A stretch of 60,097 nt of DNA, the filler included, from Squatina squatina (Eukaryota): NCBI GenBank assembly GCA_031763465.1. It is 3 parts of 3 records of this genome, joined end to end, with 100 filler letters (N's around TTAATTAATTAA, not from the genome) between each part and the next. Parts side by side here need not be neighbours in the genome. Positions count along the whole stretch, not along the records: positions 1 to 22,538 come from JARFOE010000001.1; 2 more parts are not named here. One strand, 5' to 3'. This document shows positions 1 to 12,732 of the stretch, piece after piece (position 1 is the stretch's first letter; each line of letters begins with the position of its first letter). A program made the translations under genes and the position numbers. Under the pieces are notes generated by a model. It was not told the DNA's origin and did not search any database. It saw nothing but the letters and a program-made list of their open reading frames with translations.

Positions 1-1215
1 AGGAGACTCGGCAGATAAGTAGGATATGGTTCCTAGCATGCAATTTTACTTACAACGGTCAGATTTTTAAAAAATGTTTGAAAGCAAGACTATGTTCGGA
101 GTTTTCCTTACCTTGGCGGGTCCAGTACGGCCGGTGTCCATGGCGGGTCACGACACCGCTACTGGCTTCATCCTGCTGCAGAAAATGAACTGACCTTAAA
201 GGGACCTATTAAGTCAGCCCAGCGCGTTACTCTGCCCAATTAGATAGAGTGGGACTGGTGAAGTCATTCATGATGCGATTTATGCCAGAATCCTTAAAAG
301 GACCCTGGCTACATTAAATTTTAAGTTTAAGTGAACATCGTGGGTGTTGAATCTTTACTCTACAATAAAATAATAAAAGTTATATATGAGTGAAAAGAGA
401 TATTTAAATGATATCATTAAGTAATATGACTCCTTCACAAATACGATCAAGAACATAATTTAAAAAGTATATTAATTGTAAAGTTATTAGTGCTTTAGTC
501 ACAAATCTTTAGGGGAAAAATTTGGGTTGTTTGCACCTCCCAAACGGGGCGCAACGACTTTTTGCCCGGGCGTGGCAGTGCCACTGACTCCTGTGAAATT
601 CCGTGAGAGTTTAGCGCTGGTGCTAACCGGTAGCACCTCTCTCCTACCAGTTGTGCCTGGACCACTGCGCTGGCGATGACAATATCAGCACCGTGCGCAG
701 CAACCTGTTTTCGCCCAGAGTGAAAATTCAGTAGCACCCCTTGAAGCTGCCGTTCGCAGGGTAAAAATTAAAGGGATGGTGAAAAATAAAAAACTGGCTT
801 TCTTACCAGTCGCGGCCTTCTTGATAGCAGATCATGGGGTCCATGCCATGATCTTGCAGCCCGGCACGCCGCTTGAGGCTCCTGCTCCCCAGTGGTCCAG
901 GTTCCTCCCCCATCAGCTTGGCCCCCCCTTTAATGAAGGGGAGCGTCCTTTCTACGTGGCAGCGCTACGCGTCCCACCGTGTAGGGCTGTGCCCTTCACT
1001 GAACTCTTCCACCCCGCTCGTGCCCCACAGAGCAAGTGGAGTGTGTTATTTTGTGCTTCACTTGCTCTCGGGGGCGGTAACCCGAATTTAGGTCGAGGGG
1101 CGGGATTTCCTCACCTGGAGCAGGAAATCCTGCCTCGGGGGCTGTTACCGCCCCTAAACGGGGCGCTACGCAATTCCCCCCCCTCCCACCACCGATGGCG
1201 TTGGTCTTAGCGATG

Positions 1216-1660
1216 CTTAACTGTAGGAAATTATGGCTCATCCAGCACTGGATGTTGGAGAAGCAGTTTGACAGCACAGAAGGAGGAGTTGAAAGAGGTA
1301 GTGGAGAAATAGTGCTAGGGTATCTTCTGGGTACACATGGAACCTGACCCCATGACTTTGAATGATGTCACCAAGGGGCATCACATGGGTGTGAAAGAGG
1401 AGGGAGCCACAGGTAGATCCTTGAAGGACTTCAGAGATCTCAGTGCAGGAGTGGTAAGAGAAGCAATTGTTGGGGATGCTCTGGCTATAATTGGATAGGT
1501 ATGAATGAAACCAAGCAAGTGCCGTCTCAATCAGTTGAACAATGATGGAGAGGCCTTGGAGGGGGATGGTGTGGTCGATCATGTTAATGGTTCAGAGGAT
1601 GAGGAGGAGGGATAGTGCACCGCAGTCACAGTCACAGAGGATGCCAATTGCTACTTTGGG
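1216..1660 (-). mobile_element. L2 LINE reverse transcriptase fragment, degraded
   Basis: Minus translation IDHTI...ALAWFHSYLSNYSQ...VLQGSTCGSLLF...PLGDIIQSHGVRFHVYPEDT resembles L2 RT (PQGS and YADD regions); homologous to 34680-35040. Confidence 0.85.
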
Positions 1661-2552
1661 TCTAGGTTTGCCTAACATGCTTGGGGTTAATACTGTGGTT
1701 ATCTATGTTCAAGGTGCCTTGAAACCAAAGTCTTTGGTCCTGATGTAAATCCAAATCGTGCAATTAATTATGTCCATCTCTTCCAAGGTCATTGAACCTC
1801 TAGATATTGCTTGTAATCCATTTAAATGGATTGGCAGTGGTGTTAATATATCAAGACCTACTATTCTGGTTAACACTTGGAACTTCTGAATAGTCTTCTT
1901 CTGGCTTAAGGGTTTTGATGTTATTACACATGGGCTGGCAGATCAGCTTTCTAAATGTGGAATCATTCTCAGCTGACCCAGCACACCACTAGTTGTGGGC
2001 CAGTACTTATCTGACCCTCAATTTGAAAGTGAGGGCAGAACTTCTGGCCTGCATTTGGAAGATGTGGGAAGAGGATATTTTGGATATCCCTCCAGGCCAG
2101 AACTGACAATGAATTTTATACCAAGGTTACCACTGTCCATGAGACTGGCGCTCCTGTATGCTGTATGTAACAAGATTACTCCTACAGGTTGTCTCGGTGC
2201 CGTGTTTGCGAGATTGGGTCATGTTGGGGTTACAAAAGTATGGCACGTCAATTCTGGCTTTGCAGCTTACTTTTGCTGGAGAGTAAAAGAAAGCAATAGA
2301 ATATCATGGAAGTGGGATTTGTAAAAAAAGTGAAAGCCCTCTATTAACATGATAGAACTTATAGTACTGGTGAAAACCCTGCATTAAACTATAATGTTGG
2401 CATAGTCCTGCCCCCAGTCTATTCGCTTACTTTCAAATCAAATAAAAAGGAAACAGTACCCAGGAGGGCTGTGAACACAATCTTTAAAAAATAATAGAAA
2501 AAGGTGAGGAAAGAATGGAAAAAAAGTGTTAGAGAATGTGTAAATATTAATA

Positions 2553-2766
2553 AGGCAGGCAGCATCTGTGGAGAAACAGAAGTCAGTCAGTCAACGGTTC
2601 TGGCCTGAGGCCCTTTCTCCAGAGTCCTAAGAAAGGGTCTTAGATCTGAAACATTGACTGGCCGAATTCTGTCTCTCCACAGATGCTGCCTGACCTGCTG
2701 AGTATTTCCAGCTTTTTCAGTTTCTGTTCTTAGATTTCCAGCAACTGCAGTATTTTGTTTTTTGTT
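2553..2766. mobile_element. Penelope-like element derivative: inverted pair of terminal repeats with 14-bp TSD
   Basis: Perfect 19-nt inverted repeat CAGGCAGCATCTGTGGAGA (2556-2574) / TCTCCACAGATGCTGCCTG (2674-2692); direct repeat TGTAAATATTAATA at 2539-2552 and 2767-2780; degenerate hammerhead-like cores in both arms. Confidence 0.75.
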
Positions 2767-5689
2767 TGTAAATATTAATATATTTCTACCAATGCTACAT
2801 ATGACTTTGGTGATTCCTTGGGAACGAAGCTGACTCATAACTGAGAACTTCAAGTCTAAGATTTGCCAAATGTTAAGAGCTCCAGAGAGAGAATCCCACA
2901 AAGATCNNNNNNNNNNNNNNNNNNNNNNNNNNNNNNNNNNNNNNNNNNNNNNNNNNNNNNNNNNNNNNNNNNNNNNNNNNNNNNNNNNNNNNNNNNNNNN
3001 NNNNNNTTCCTGGCGCAGTGCATGCATTTCATTGCATGCTTTTCTTGTGCACTGTATTGTAAGATATCTGAGTAAGTGCTCAATCTTGATGAAGTCAGCT
3101 GATATGAGTGGGATGTTCAATGGGATCCAGTTGATGTGCTCAAGTGCTTATACGTTCTGCAGATGCCATTGTAAAATGTTTATTTGATGCCACTCAAGTG
3201 TAGCAAAGTCTACGAGAAAAAAGTAATTGGGAAACATTTATATATATATATACAGTATATATATAATGTATTTTAAAATCACTGTAATGATAAGTTGATG
3301 TGAAAAACAAGGTGACATACCCACTGCATATAGATAGATGCACAGATGGCGATTTGGGATTAAATTTACGGGGTACTGTCACAGCACAGATGATAAATTG
3401 TCAGATTCTGTCACAGAGCCTTTTCCGAGAGGAGTTTTTCACACTCTGCTTTGGCTCATCTCCACTAAATACCCGAAAGAAAGCAAAAAAATAAAACCGA
3501 AGTGATCAGGCGGTTTATTCTGTCAACAGCTCATTTGCCTACAATTAAAATCACCATCAAACTCAAAACCTTAGGGGGCAGCCTCAATGGTCAGTTAGTG
3601 ANNNNNNNNNNNNNNNNNNNNNNNNNNNNNNNNNNNNNNNNNNNNNNNNNNNNNNNNNNNNNNNNNNNNNNNNNNNNNNNNNNNNNNNNNNNNNNNNNNN
3701 NACCACCACCTTCTGAAGGGCAATTTGGGATGGACAATAAATACTGGTCTTGCCAGAGACGCCCATAGCCCAAGAACAAATAAAAAAACTTTATCCCACC
3801 TGCAATATGACATGCCATCCATCTCCAGATAAAAAACATCTCAGGTACCTGCAACACTACTGAGTTATTTGTATCATTAACAATAACACTTCTGAAATAT
3901 ATATATGTATATATGTGTAAACTGGATGAGCAGAAATTAAAATAATCTTATCTGAGTTCAGATGATAAAAAAACCAAGAGCTTCACTCTTACGATTTATG
4001 ACATCATCTCAATGAGATTATTTTCTTTTGTTCCCTTCCATCAGTTTCTCCTCCCTCATCTTTCCTGAAGGTGCTGGCTCTTGCTGGGGTACAGTTCTAC
4101 AGGCCTCATAACTGGCTGGAGTTGCCAATCTTCATGTGGCAGCCTACATAACGAGTGCCATGGGTTATTTGACCTTGCCCTTAACTGATGTCCGGTCTAG
4201 CATTTGGGATCAGGAGTGTGGACCTGGCTGACTTTTCTTCTCCCTTGCCTAGAGGCACTGGGAAGGATTATACTGCTTCTAACGCCACCCCAGCCAGCTA
4301 ACTCTGCAGAGAGCGGGTGTCAAACCTGAGACCTTCCTAATCTGTTTGGCCCGGTTCGACACACGGTGTGCACTTGCTAATTGAGACACCAGGAGATTTT
4401 TGAGATTTTTGTCCCCGATTAATCCCACCCTGTTTATTCAGATAATGTATTGCTTATGCAGTAATTCAAAGTATTGGAAAATATACAGGTTTAACATTCA
4501 AAAGGATAAGGAAAGAGAAACATCACACAAACACAAAATATTTATCATATTGGTAGTAAATTCCCCTTAAATACATCACTCACTGTAAATGCTCCTTTCC
4601 ATTGACCTGACTGTGCATCTGAATCTCAGTTTCAAACACCGCTAATGCCATCCCACTCACAGTCACACAGTTCTCTATCCTATTGAGGCCTCTCAGAGTG
4701 ACAGTGCCAAATCAGTGCCAGTATGTGCCAGATTTGATGCACACTGGTGTTAAACAAAGGGCATTCATTTTGCCTCGGCCCCTGACAGTCGTCAGAAAGC
4801 CATCTGTCTGGCCCAGATTCAAAACCTATTTCCTGGACGGGGAAGGCAGTATGACAGGATGCAGTACTACCCAGTCCCTAACGTAATCAATGTTAAAAAC
4901 TACGAGTCAATTAAGTGTGTTCACTTTTGACATACTTTAGTGCATGAGAGTAGACAAAGAGTTAGTATAAGTAAACCTCACATCTGATGAAAGAAAACAC
5001 TGTTTCATTAGAGAGTCACAAGTGAGTTTTCATCATTCAGCCCCTTGAGTAGAAATAGAAATTCTTATATTTCTAAGCATATTTGTTTCTCTCTCCTTCC
5101 CTCCCCCTCACCCATTTTTTTCTCCATTGCTCTCCTGAAACCATTGACTCATGCTGGAATATGGTTTCAGAGACACTAGTGCACAATCCAAGTAGCCATT
5201 ATTCATGTATGAGCCTGGACACTGAGCCTGATCCTCTCCGCAACTGACGTTCACACACAGACACACGCATGCTCCAAGCACACGCTCGCACACATACTTA
5301 CACACTTTTCAACAGGAATGATTGGACGTCGGTCAGAAATGGGAAGTAATAGCCACCTGTGATCAGTGCAGGTCAGAAACTCAACTGGGTCCTTCCTGGG
5401 TCTGAATGGCTAAGCAGCATGTTACACATCGACTGATGCACCAAACGAACGTTCAGTTTCGAAAACCTCTCTTGAGTTTGCAATTAACCCACCCCAGAGT
5501 GTGAGTGAGTGCCACTGGTGACTATGCAAATGTAAGGCACCTTTGCCGGTTTCCTTCTTATATAAATAAAACTTTAAAAATATGGGTATAGCATTTTTAA
5601 TGTTTTTTGGGGGTTATAATTCTCAACACTCTGACTACTCCCTTACATGTTACAAAGTGACAGTCCCACCATGTACAGCAGTGATTTAC

Positions 5690-5836
5690 CTCGCATATGC
5701 TGTCTTGATTTTAGTATGCAGGACAGGATCATAATGACCCCAAGAAGAATTGTCACAAAAATAATGATTGCCGCAATGAGGTAACTCCTCTTTGTTGAAG
5801 GGATGTTATTAGGTTTTTCATCTGTTCCTTTCATTT
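5690..5836 (-). CDS. Putative transmembrane-helix exon of an unidentified membrane protein
   Basis: cttctattttttag|AA ATG...CGA G|gtaaat; 147 nt, phase 1-1; encodes MKGTDEKPNNIPSTKRS-YLIAAIIIFVTILLGVIMILSCIL-KSRQHMR (24 uncharged residues bounded by basic residues). Confidence 0.55.
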
Positions 5837-7089
5837 CTAAAAAATAGAAGCAGTGAAAATTAAAATGTGTACACATCAGGCTAATTTACAAGCCAATATT
5901 ATAACACATTAAAATATAAGTCGTGGTTATAAGCCACAACTGACTCCTGATTTTTGCAACATCAGAAGGTAATACATAAATGAGTATTGACTTGAAACAT
6001 GGCCTTTAAACATCTTCGAACACATAAAAACTTGAAATTTGTACAAAGAACACATGCCAGGGTAAGGAATTGCAGGGCTATGCAGGACTTTGCCATTGTA
6101 ATTCTGCTCATGCCCCAAACTTGTTTTGTTGAAATATGTGACCCATGAACCTATGTTTCTGTAGCAGACTGGTCCAAGCTCAAATCAATCTCAGGCATTG
6201 AGTTGTCTTAATTGTGTANNNNNNNNNNNNNNNNNNNNNNNNNNNNNNNNNNNNNNNNNNNNNNNNNNNNNNNNNNNNNNNNNNNNNNNNNNNNNNNNNN
6301 NNNNNNNNNNNNNNNNNNCGATTTCTCACGCCCCTCCAATCGGCGGGTGAGCTAGCTGCCTGTTAGAGCTGCTTCAGCCCTAGCACTTTGCCATGTATAT
6401 TAAACTGGATTGGACCTCCTGCCAACATGATCAGACGGACAGAACAGAAGCACCAGCCCCCCAATAAACAGCAGACAGCAAAATCACCCTGGAGTGTAGA
6501 GTGGAGTCTAAAGTTGGCAGTGCCTGCTATCTTTATGGAAGTCCCTCTTAAAACACTAGCGAAGAAACTTGATAAGAATGCTTTGGGCGTTGATTCAATG
6601 GTGTCATGCAGTGTCATTTCCAAGCCTCAGATATTTTCTGAAGTTGAAAGAAAACATTGCAAACGATCATTAATTTCAGGATAAGTAACCAAAGCTTAGA
6701 AAAATAATTCCTGTGGATCAATTTTTAAAATTGCATGCAGTTCCTAAATGTATATTGCAAATTAATGATATACAGCAATGGAATGAGTGTATCATTTCAC
6801 AATTTGAAACTGGAACAATATGGCTTACCCTTGACAGGGAAAGGTTAAAGGTTGTCAATTGGGCTCACAGACTGTTGTGCAGCATGCTAATTAAATCTTG
6901 GATTTGCACTTCATATGGGCCAAATTGTTCTTCCCGGTTGATGGATTTAGTTGTGAGAGTTCCTGAANNNNNNNNNNNNNNNNNNNNNNNNNNNNNNNNN
7001 NNNNNNNNNNNNNNNNNNNNNNNNNNNNNNNNNNNNNNNNNNNNNNNNNNNNNNNNNNNNNNNNNNNACAGTACATGCAGGTGATGAAA

Positions 7090-7500
7090 ATAAGGCAGCA
7101 TGGCAGAAGACACCAGCCCATCAGGTACCACTCCCCATAGCAGGTCTATATGCACCACATGCCTTTAAGGAGCTCTGTGATCACAGGGTGCAATTGACCA
7201 AGGTGGTCATTGCACGTCTGTGTGACCTTCCTCGCAAAGGTCTTCAGTTTCACTCCATTGCCAGAACAGCTGTCTGTTGACGTGAAACGGCCAGTTCCCT
7301 GAACTGTTTTGACACTGGATCCTTTCAAGATGCCTTAAGGGATCTGTGCAACATCACTCTCTTCCAGGAGGGTTCGCAGGTCTTCCTCTGAAGAATCCAC
7401 CACCCTTTGATGAGATGCTGCCCTATCATGGTGCCCTGTGGGTACAACTGGCCTGTGACTGTTCATGGTTATGGGAAGAGGCACGTTAGATGAGGGTCAG
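7090..7500. pseudogene. Harbinger/PIF transposon relic: HARBI1-like transposase fragment (+) converging on a Myb/SANT-like fragment (-)
   Basis: Plus strand with frameshifts: QLTKVVIARLCDL...SIARTA / LSVDVK / SLNCFDTGSFQDALRDLCNIT, similar to the HARBI1-family ALxFFASGSFQ...GDxCNIS motif; minus strand DSSEEDLRTLLEE near 7360-7400. Confidence 0.65.
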
Positions 7501-7529
7501 AGGTTCTTTGAGTAGAGAAATACAAAAAG

Positions 7530-7870
7530 AAACATAGGAACAAATGTAGGCCATCCAGGCCCTCAAACCTGTTCCGCCATTCAAATAGATCATGGCTGAC
7601 CTGTACCTCAACTCCATTTACCTGCCTTCGTTCCCTAGCCCTTGATACCGTTACCTAATAAAAATCTATCGATCTCAGTCTTGAAAATTTCAATTGACCC
7701 AGCATGCACAGCCTTTTGCAGGAGTGAGTTCCAGATTTCTACTGCCCTTTGTGTGGAAAAAGTGTGTCCTGCCTTCACTTGAAAATGGGCTGGCTCTAAT
7801 TTTAAGATTGTGCCCCTTGTTTTGGATCCCACTAGCAGAGGGAATGGCCTCTCTCTACCTACCCCAATGA
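7530..7870 (-). mobile_element. CR1 LINE 3' fragment
   Basis: Minus translation TRG...L...FSTQRAVEIWNSLLQKAV...IFKTEIDRFL (CR1 ORF2 C-terminus) plus the 3' UTR shared with 30748-31122. Confidence 0.9.
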
Positions 7871-10800
7871 GTTCTGTAAGATCATAACTAAGGCATCTTT
7901 AACTTCCTCACTTATTTCTTTTAGTAAATGTGAACGGAAACCATCTTGGCCTGGAGGTTTCACTGAGGGAAAAAGAGGGATAATTAGGGAAAAAAAAAAT
8001 CACAGACATTTTTCATAACGTTTCGCATGTACAACACGGAAAATCAGAACTAGTGTTTAAAGCTAGACTGCTGAGTTGATTGTTACACTTCATTGAAGCT
8101 AGTTAATTTGCACTATCTGTATAGACATTACCCAATGAGTCGATAGCAACTTTTCTTTTTTTTTNNNNNNNNNNNNNNNNNNNNNNNNNNNNNNNNNNNN
8201 NNNNNNNNNNNNNNNNNNNNNNNNNNNNNNNNNNNNNNNNNNNNNNNNNNNNNNNNNNNNNNNNNNNNNNNNNNNNNNNNNNNNNNNNNNNNNNNNNNNN
8301 NNNNNNNNNNNNNNNNNNNNNNNNNNNNNNNNNNNNNNNNNNNNNNNNNNNNNNNNNNNNNNNNNNNNNNNNNNNNNNNNNNNNNNNNNNNNNNNNNNNN
8401 NNNNNNNNNNNNNNNNNNNNNNNNNNNNNNNNNNNNNNNNNNNNNNNNTGACAATAACTTGGCAACTATAGAGCACAAGGGCCTGCAGAGTGTTTGAAAG
8501 TTTTTTTTAGTTTAACAGCAAAAGTCTGTGACTTATTAAAAAAAAATTATAATGTAGATATGAATCTTAAGTAATTAATGTGAACAATGCTAATTAACCA
8601 TCATAATTAAAAAACTAATAATCTAGAACATTGTTTTTTTTCACAAGTGCATTAGCTGTAATTGCCTAGCAACACATTTGGGCCTCATTAACGTATGCAC
8701 AAAACAGATTTTTTTTTGGCTTTGTCTCCAGAGGGAGTCGCTGCAGCACCTCAAATAAATTGTTAAAAAATGTTGGTGCGCTGGTGGAAACCCCGCTTTC
8801 ACTGCGCAGAAAGCCAGGTACTCGGTGCAGTAAGCTTCATTCTAGCAGGGAATGTAGATGCACTTGAGCACGGAGATGCTGCAGCGCTTGGGAACAAACA
8901 CAACCCTGCTTTTCCAAACAAACTTCCCCCTCCAAGATTCGAACTGGAAAGTTTGAATATCCACCAACCCGGAGCTCTAANNNNNNNNNNNNNNNNNNNN
9001 NNNNNNNNNNNNNNNNNNNNNNNNNNNNNNNNNNNNNNNNNNNNNNNNNNNNNNNNNNNNNNNNNNNNNNNNNNNNNNNNGGCACAGGGTTTTCCGACCA
9101 TTAGAATTATTGGTCAGATAAATGTCAGAACTTCATCACACTTTATTGCTTCATGATACAGTATTTTAATTTTACCAGCCAGTTCATTTTTAACCGATAG
9201 TTACTGATCATGATTATGATACTAAACGTCACATGTCTTTATGCTAATACTAACTAGGATACAGTAGTTAACTGCCCTGGATGTCTTAAACCATGTCCTC
9301 GAAGGTTGAATTTGGCCATCACTGAAAGAGCTATGTTACCTGCTCAAAGGTGTTTATCAGTGATTGTAGACTTGATTTATTCAAACCAACAAACATTTCT
9401 AATGCAGAAGATGGTTTTTTACGTTTTTTTACATTGCTAACAGCTGACTGTATGACAGTGTACCTTTAAGTAATGTTGTCGCGGTTGGCAGAGTGCCAAG
9501 GAGGAAGTACAAAAGTACAGCTTAGAGTTTCAAGGACAATTAACATGCTGTGCAGTATGGTCAGGAACTAGTGGGTCTCCACAGATCGTCAGCTACAAAA
9601 ATTTCAACTAACTGCATGGATGAACATGAACATGCTGCTTGATTTCAATCCCCTGTCTGCAAAAGTTTTATGTCGGTAGCACCTCATTTACCAGGTGCAG
9701 AATTACAGGCATACCCAGTTTTCAAAGCTTTTATTCCATCTTGGAAAGGTGAGTCACACATCGTTTGTGAATTATTTTTTATTTTTTATACAAAAAGCAA
9801 CAATAATTGCACAAAAATAAATTTTTAAAGTATGAATACCAAAAGAGTACAGTTTTGTGTATTCTGATTAAAATGAAACATAAAGAAAAGAGGCGGTTTG
9901 AAATTGTAATTTTAATTCCTGTCATAAAATAGCCACTCTCGTAGTTTTTAAGCAGCAGGAATTTCTGGATTGGAAGCCAAATCTTCCAATGCNNNNNNNN
10001 NNNNNNNNNNNNNNNNNNNNNNNNNNNNNNNNNNNNNNNNNNNNNNNNNNNNNNNNNNNNNNNNNNNNNNNNNNNNNNNNNNNNNNNNNNNNCTCTTGAA
10101 TACAGATTCCACTTTGGGAGCACTGAATTTAGCCTCAGAAGTCAAATTGAATCCAATGTCCCATTCAACCATTCCAGGCACAGTGAAATTCTTTCAAAAG
10201 CATTTATCCTTTGCTTAATAAGCGAGCACTGACCCACCAAGAGATTCCAATTATCTTGATTCAAATCAAAATGTTGCAAATATAAGCTAATTCAACCTTA
10301 GCGGAGAATCAAAAGTGACAGCAGGAAGCTCTGTTGGGTTCTAAAGGCCAATTTGTAAGGAATTTAACAAAAGGAGTTCTAACAGTGAAACAAATAGTTG
10401 CAAGAATTATGATTAAATTCACTTTATTTCTGTTCATCCTTCTGAATATTTAGATGTAATAGTGAATACAAAAAAATATTATTCAAAAGGAAACTGAGTT
10501 GGAAGAGGAATTGAGTTACCAATGAGTATATATTCATCCAGCTTCCTCACATTGCTGCACTCAGCAACTCCCATAAGTTAGTTCCCCAAACTCACAAATA
10601 AAAAGATCAAAGGGAAGACAGAAACAAGAATGGCATCAAAATTTTAAATTAGCTTGAGAGTTTTTGTTTCAAAAGACTAATGAGGAACAGCACTGACAAA
10701 ATGTTTCTTTCCATATCGTGCTCTTGTCTTCTACCCCTACAGCCTATTTAAGTGATTCATTCAGTTATTCCGGCTATTCATGCAACTGTGCACGGAAGTT

Positions 10801-12542
10801 CATGGGAGTGATAGAAGCTGTCGTAATAGCGTAAGGAATGATGCTTGTTTTTTTTTTAAAAAGAAGTAACTTATCCAGCTTGGCAGGCCATCTGAGAGAT
10901 CAGTTCAACAGCTGAGATTACATGATGATAATCTGCCTCAGCAATACATTTTAGTCAACTGTGAAGCAGAGAAATCTCTCATTGTAATGGGACTTTGGGT
11001 TACAGGAAGATGAAGTTGGACTGGAATCAAACATGGTGAATAAATCTCAGCTGCTCAGCTGATCTACTGAAAAGGGACTCAGGGAGTATGTAGGCTGGAG
11101 GCAGTTGTGCAAAGTCTCGACTTCGTGGCCGTAAGGAAGCCTCCCAAAACTTAAAATATTATAACTGTTAACAGATATACGAGGGAAAGAGTGCTACCCT
11201 GGACTTGTGATCGAGTAAATTCTATTCTCCTAGAATCCAACCGAGAGAGAATTTGAAAGTCTGAGCAAGGTTGTTCACATGCATGTGAGTAAAGGTCAGA
11301 CATTCTATACGGGCCTGTGGAAAGTATAGAAAAAGACATCAAGCAGGTCTGAAACTATAGCGGTTGCTGTGAGGCCCATTCGATTGGTTGAAAAGAATGG
11401 TCTGATCCAGATAATTTCAATGTTTTTCCAGAGTTTGATATATCTTGCTTCTTTGATCTTCTCCATCGTGATGGAGTAGTCTGCTACTGGTAAAGTGTTC
11501 TACCCTAGTAGGCTAGCTGGCAGTGATATTATTTCCAATGAGTTCTACCCAATTTGGGTGTCAGTCAACTATATATTTTCATTCAGAAGATCCGAATTAC
11601 ATGATACTGGTAGAAACGTGGCTGCTTTCGATTTTTAAACTGTTGTAAATACTCCAGACAGACAAGCAGCCAGCATATGCAGTTGATGGTTCAAGGTCAA
11701 TCACTGATGAAACCCAATATTCACTATGCTTTGTACACAATAGTTTTCATGAGATTAAGCCTTGGTCATGTAACAGGATGTCTCACAGATGCAACAAGTT
11801 AACACATGGAATGGAAACACTTCGAAGTTTCCTTGTTGTTGTATTATTAATAAACATGCTCTCGTTACGTAGACACTGAGGTGCAAAGTTATAGGCCAGG
11901 CTGCAATTAATTTTACTGCCTTACAAACGCAAGGGGAATGGATGGAACTTGAAGGTTTTTGACAACAAAAATGTCAGGGGAAAAAAACTTAAGATTATAC
12001 TTCAATAGGATGTAGTGTACCAAAAAAGAAAGTGATGAATCTCTTCAAAGGGAATCCAAATGCTTGATTAAGATTACCAATGCTCTTTCAAGGACATTTT
12101 CTCAAATGCTTCATTTTAATGTAAATGTTATTTATTTTACATGCAAGTTAGTTGTTGCCTTTTGCAATTTGCTGGCCTTATATTCACCGTTGTAATGAAT
12201 GATTCACTTTTCTGTAAGAGAAATCAAGTTTCTTTTACTTTTCCTTTAGCCATGAGGCAGCATCAATATTTGGCTAGAAGCAGCTTAGTGCTGTTAATTT
12301 GGCTGGGCAAATAATCCACTGAATTGAGGTATACATCCACAAGTCAAATCTTCCAACTGGAACACGTTATCTTGGAGACATTTTCTGCAACACCTAAACA
12401 GTCTCATCGACAATAATTTCCCCTAGTTATTACTGAGGATGACCAGGAGAAAATTTAAAAAAAAACAATGAGATAGGAAAATAAACTTTCTGGAGAAACC
12501 ATTACACATGCAAAAATTCTTTAGCTGTGGTGAAGTTGTTTT

Positions 12543-12732
12543 CTAGCAGGCACACTTTTTTTCATTTGGGTTGGCAGCTTCGAGTTTTTGGCTGGCCCCT
12601 CCATTGAGTGAATCAGGTATTTGACTCTTGTCGACACACTGCTCCATACGTTTCATTATTAAGTTCAGCAATGTGATTATAGCTTTATCGATACCGGTTC
12701 CAGTGGCGGCACTAGTTTCAAAGTACGGAATT
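12543..12732 (-). CDS. RAB27B: Rab-27B terminal coding exon with CXC prenylation motif
   Basis: ctcacag|A ATT CCG; [11 protein letters not shown]...[21 protein letters not shown]...EKKCAC*; the tail resembles RAB27B (MEQCVEKTQIPDTVNGG...EKKCIC) more than RAB27A, and synteny agrees. Confidence 0.95.

Noticed and set aside
776-1210. 144-aa ORF, and similar ORFs at 15103-15478 and 53057-53627
   Set aside because: Open frames expected by chance in GC-rich repeat DNA; no domain or splice support.
5108-5248. Exon directly following the TM exon (CGEDQAQCPGSYMNNGYLDC...)
   Set aside because: The acceptor is weak, sits in a GT-rich tract, and the long frame is phase 2, incompatible with the phase-1 TM donor.
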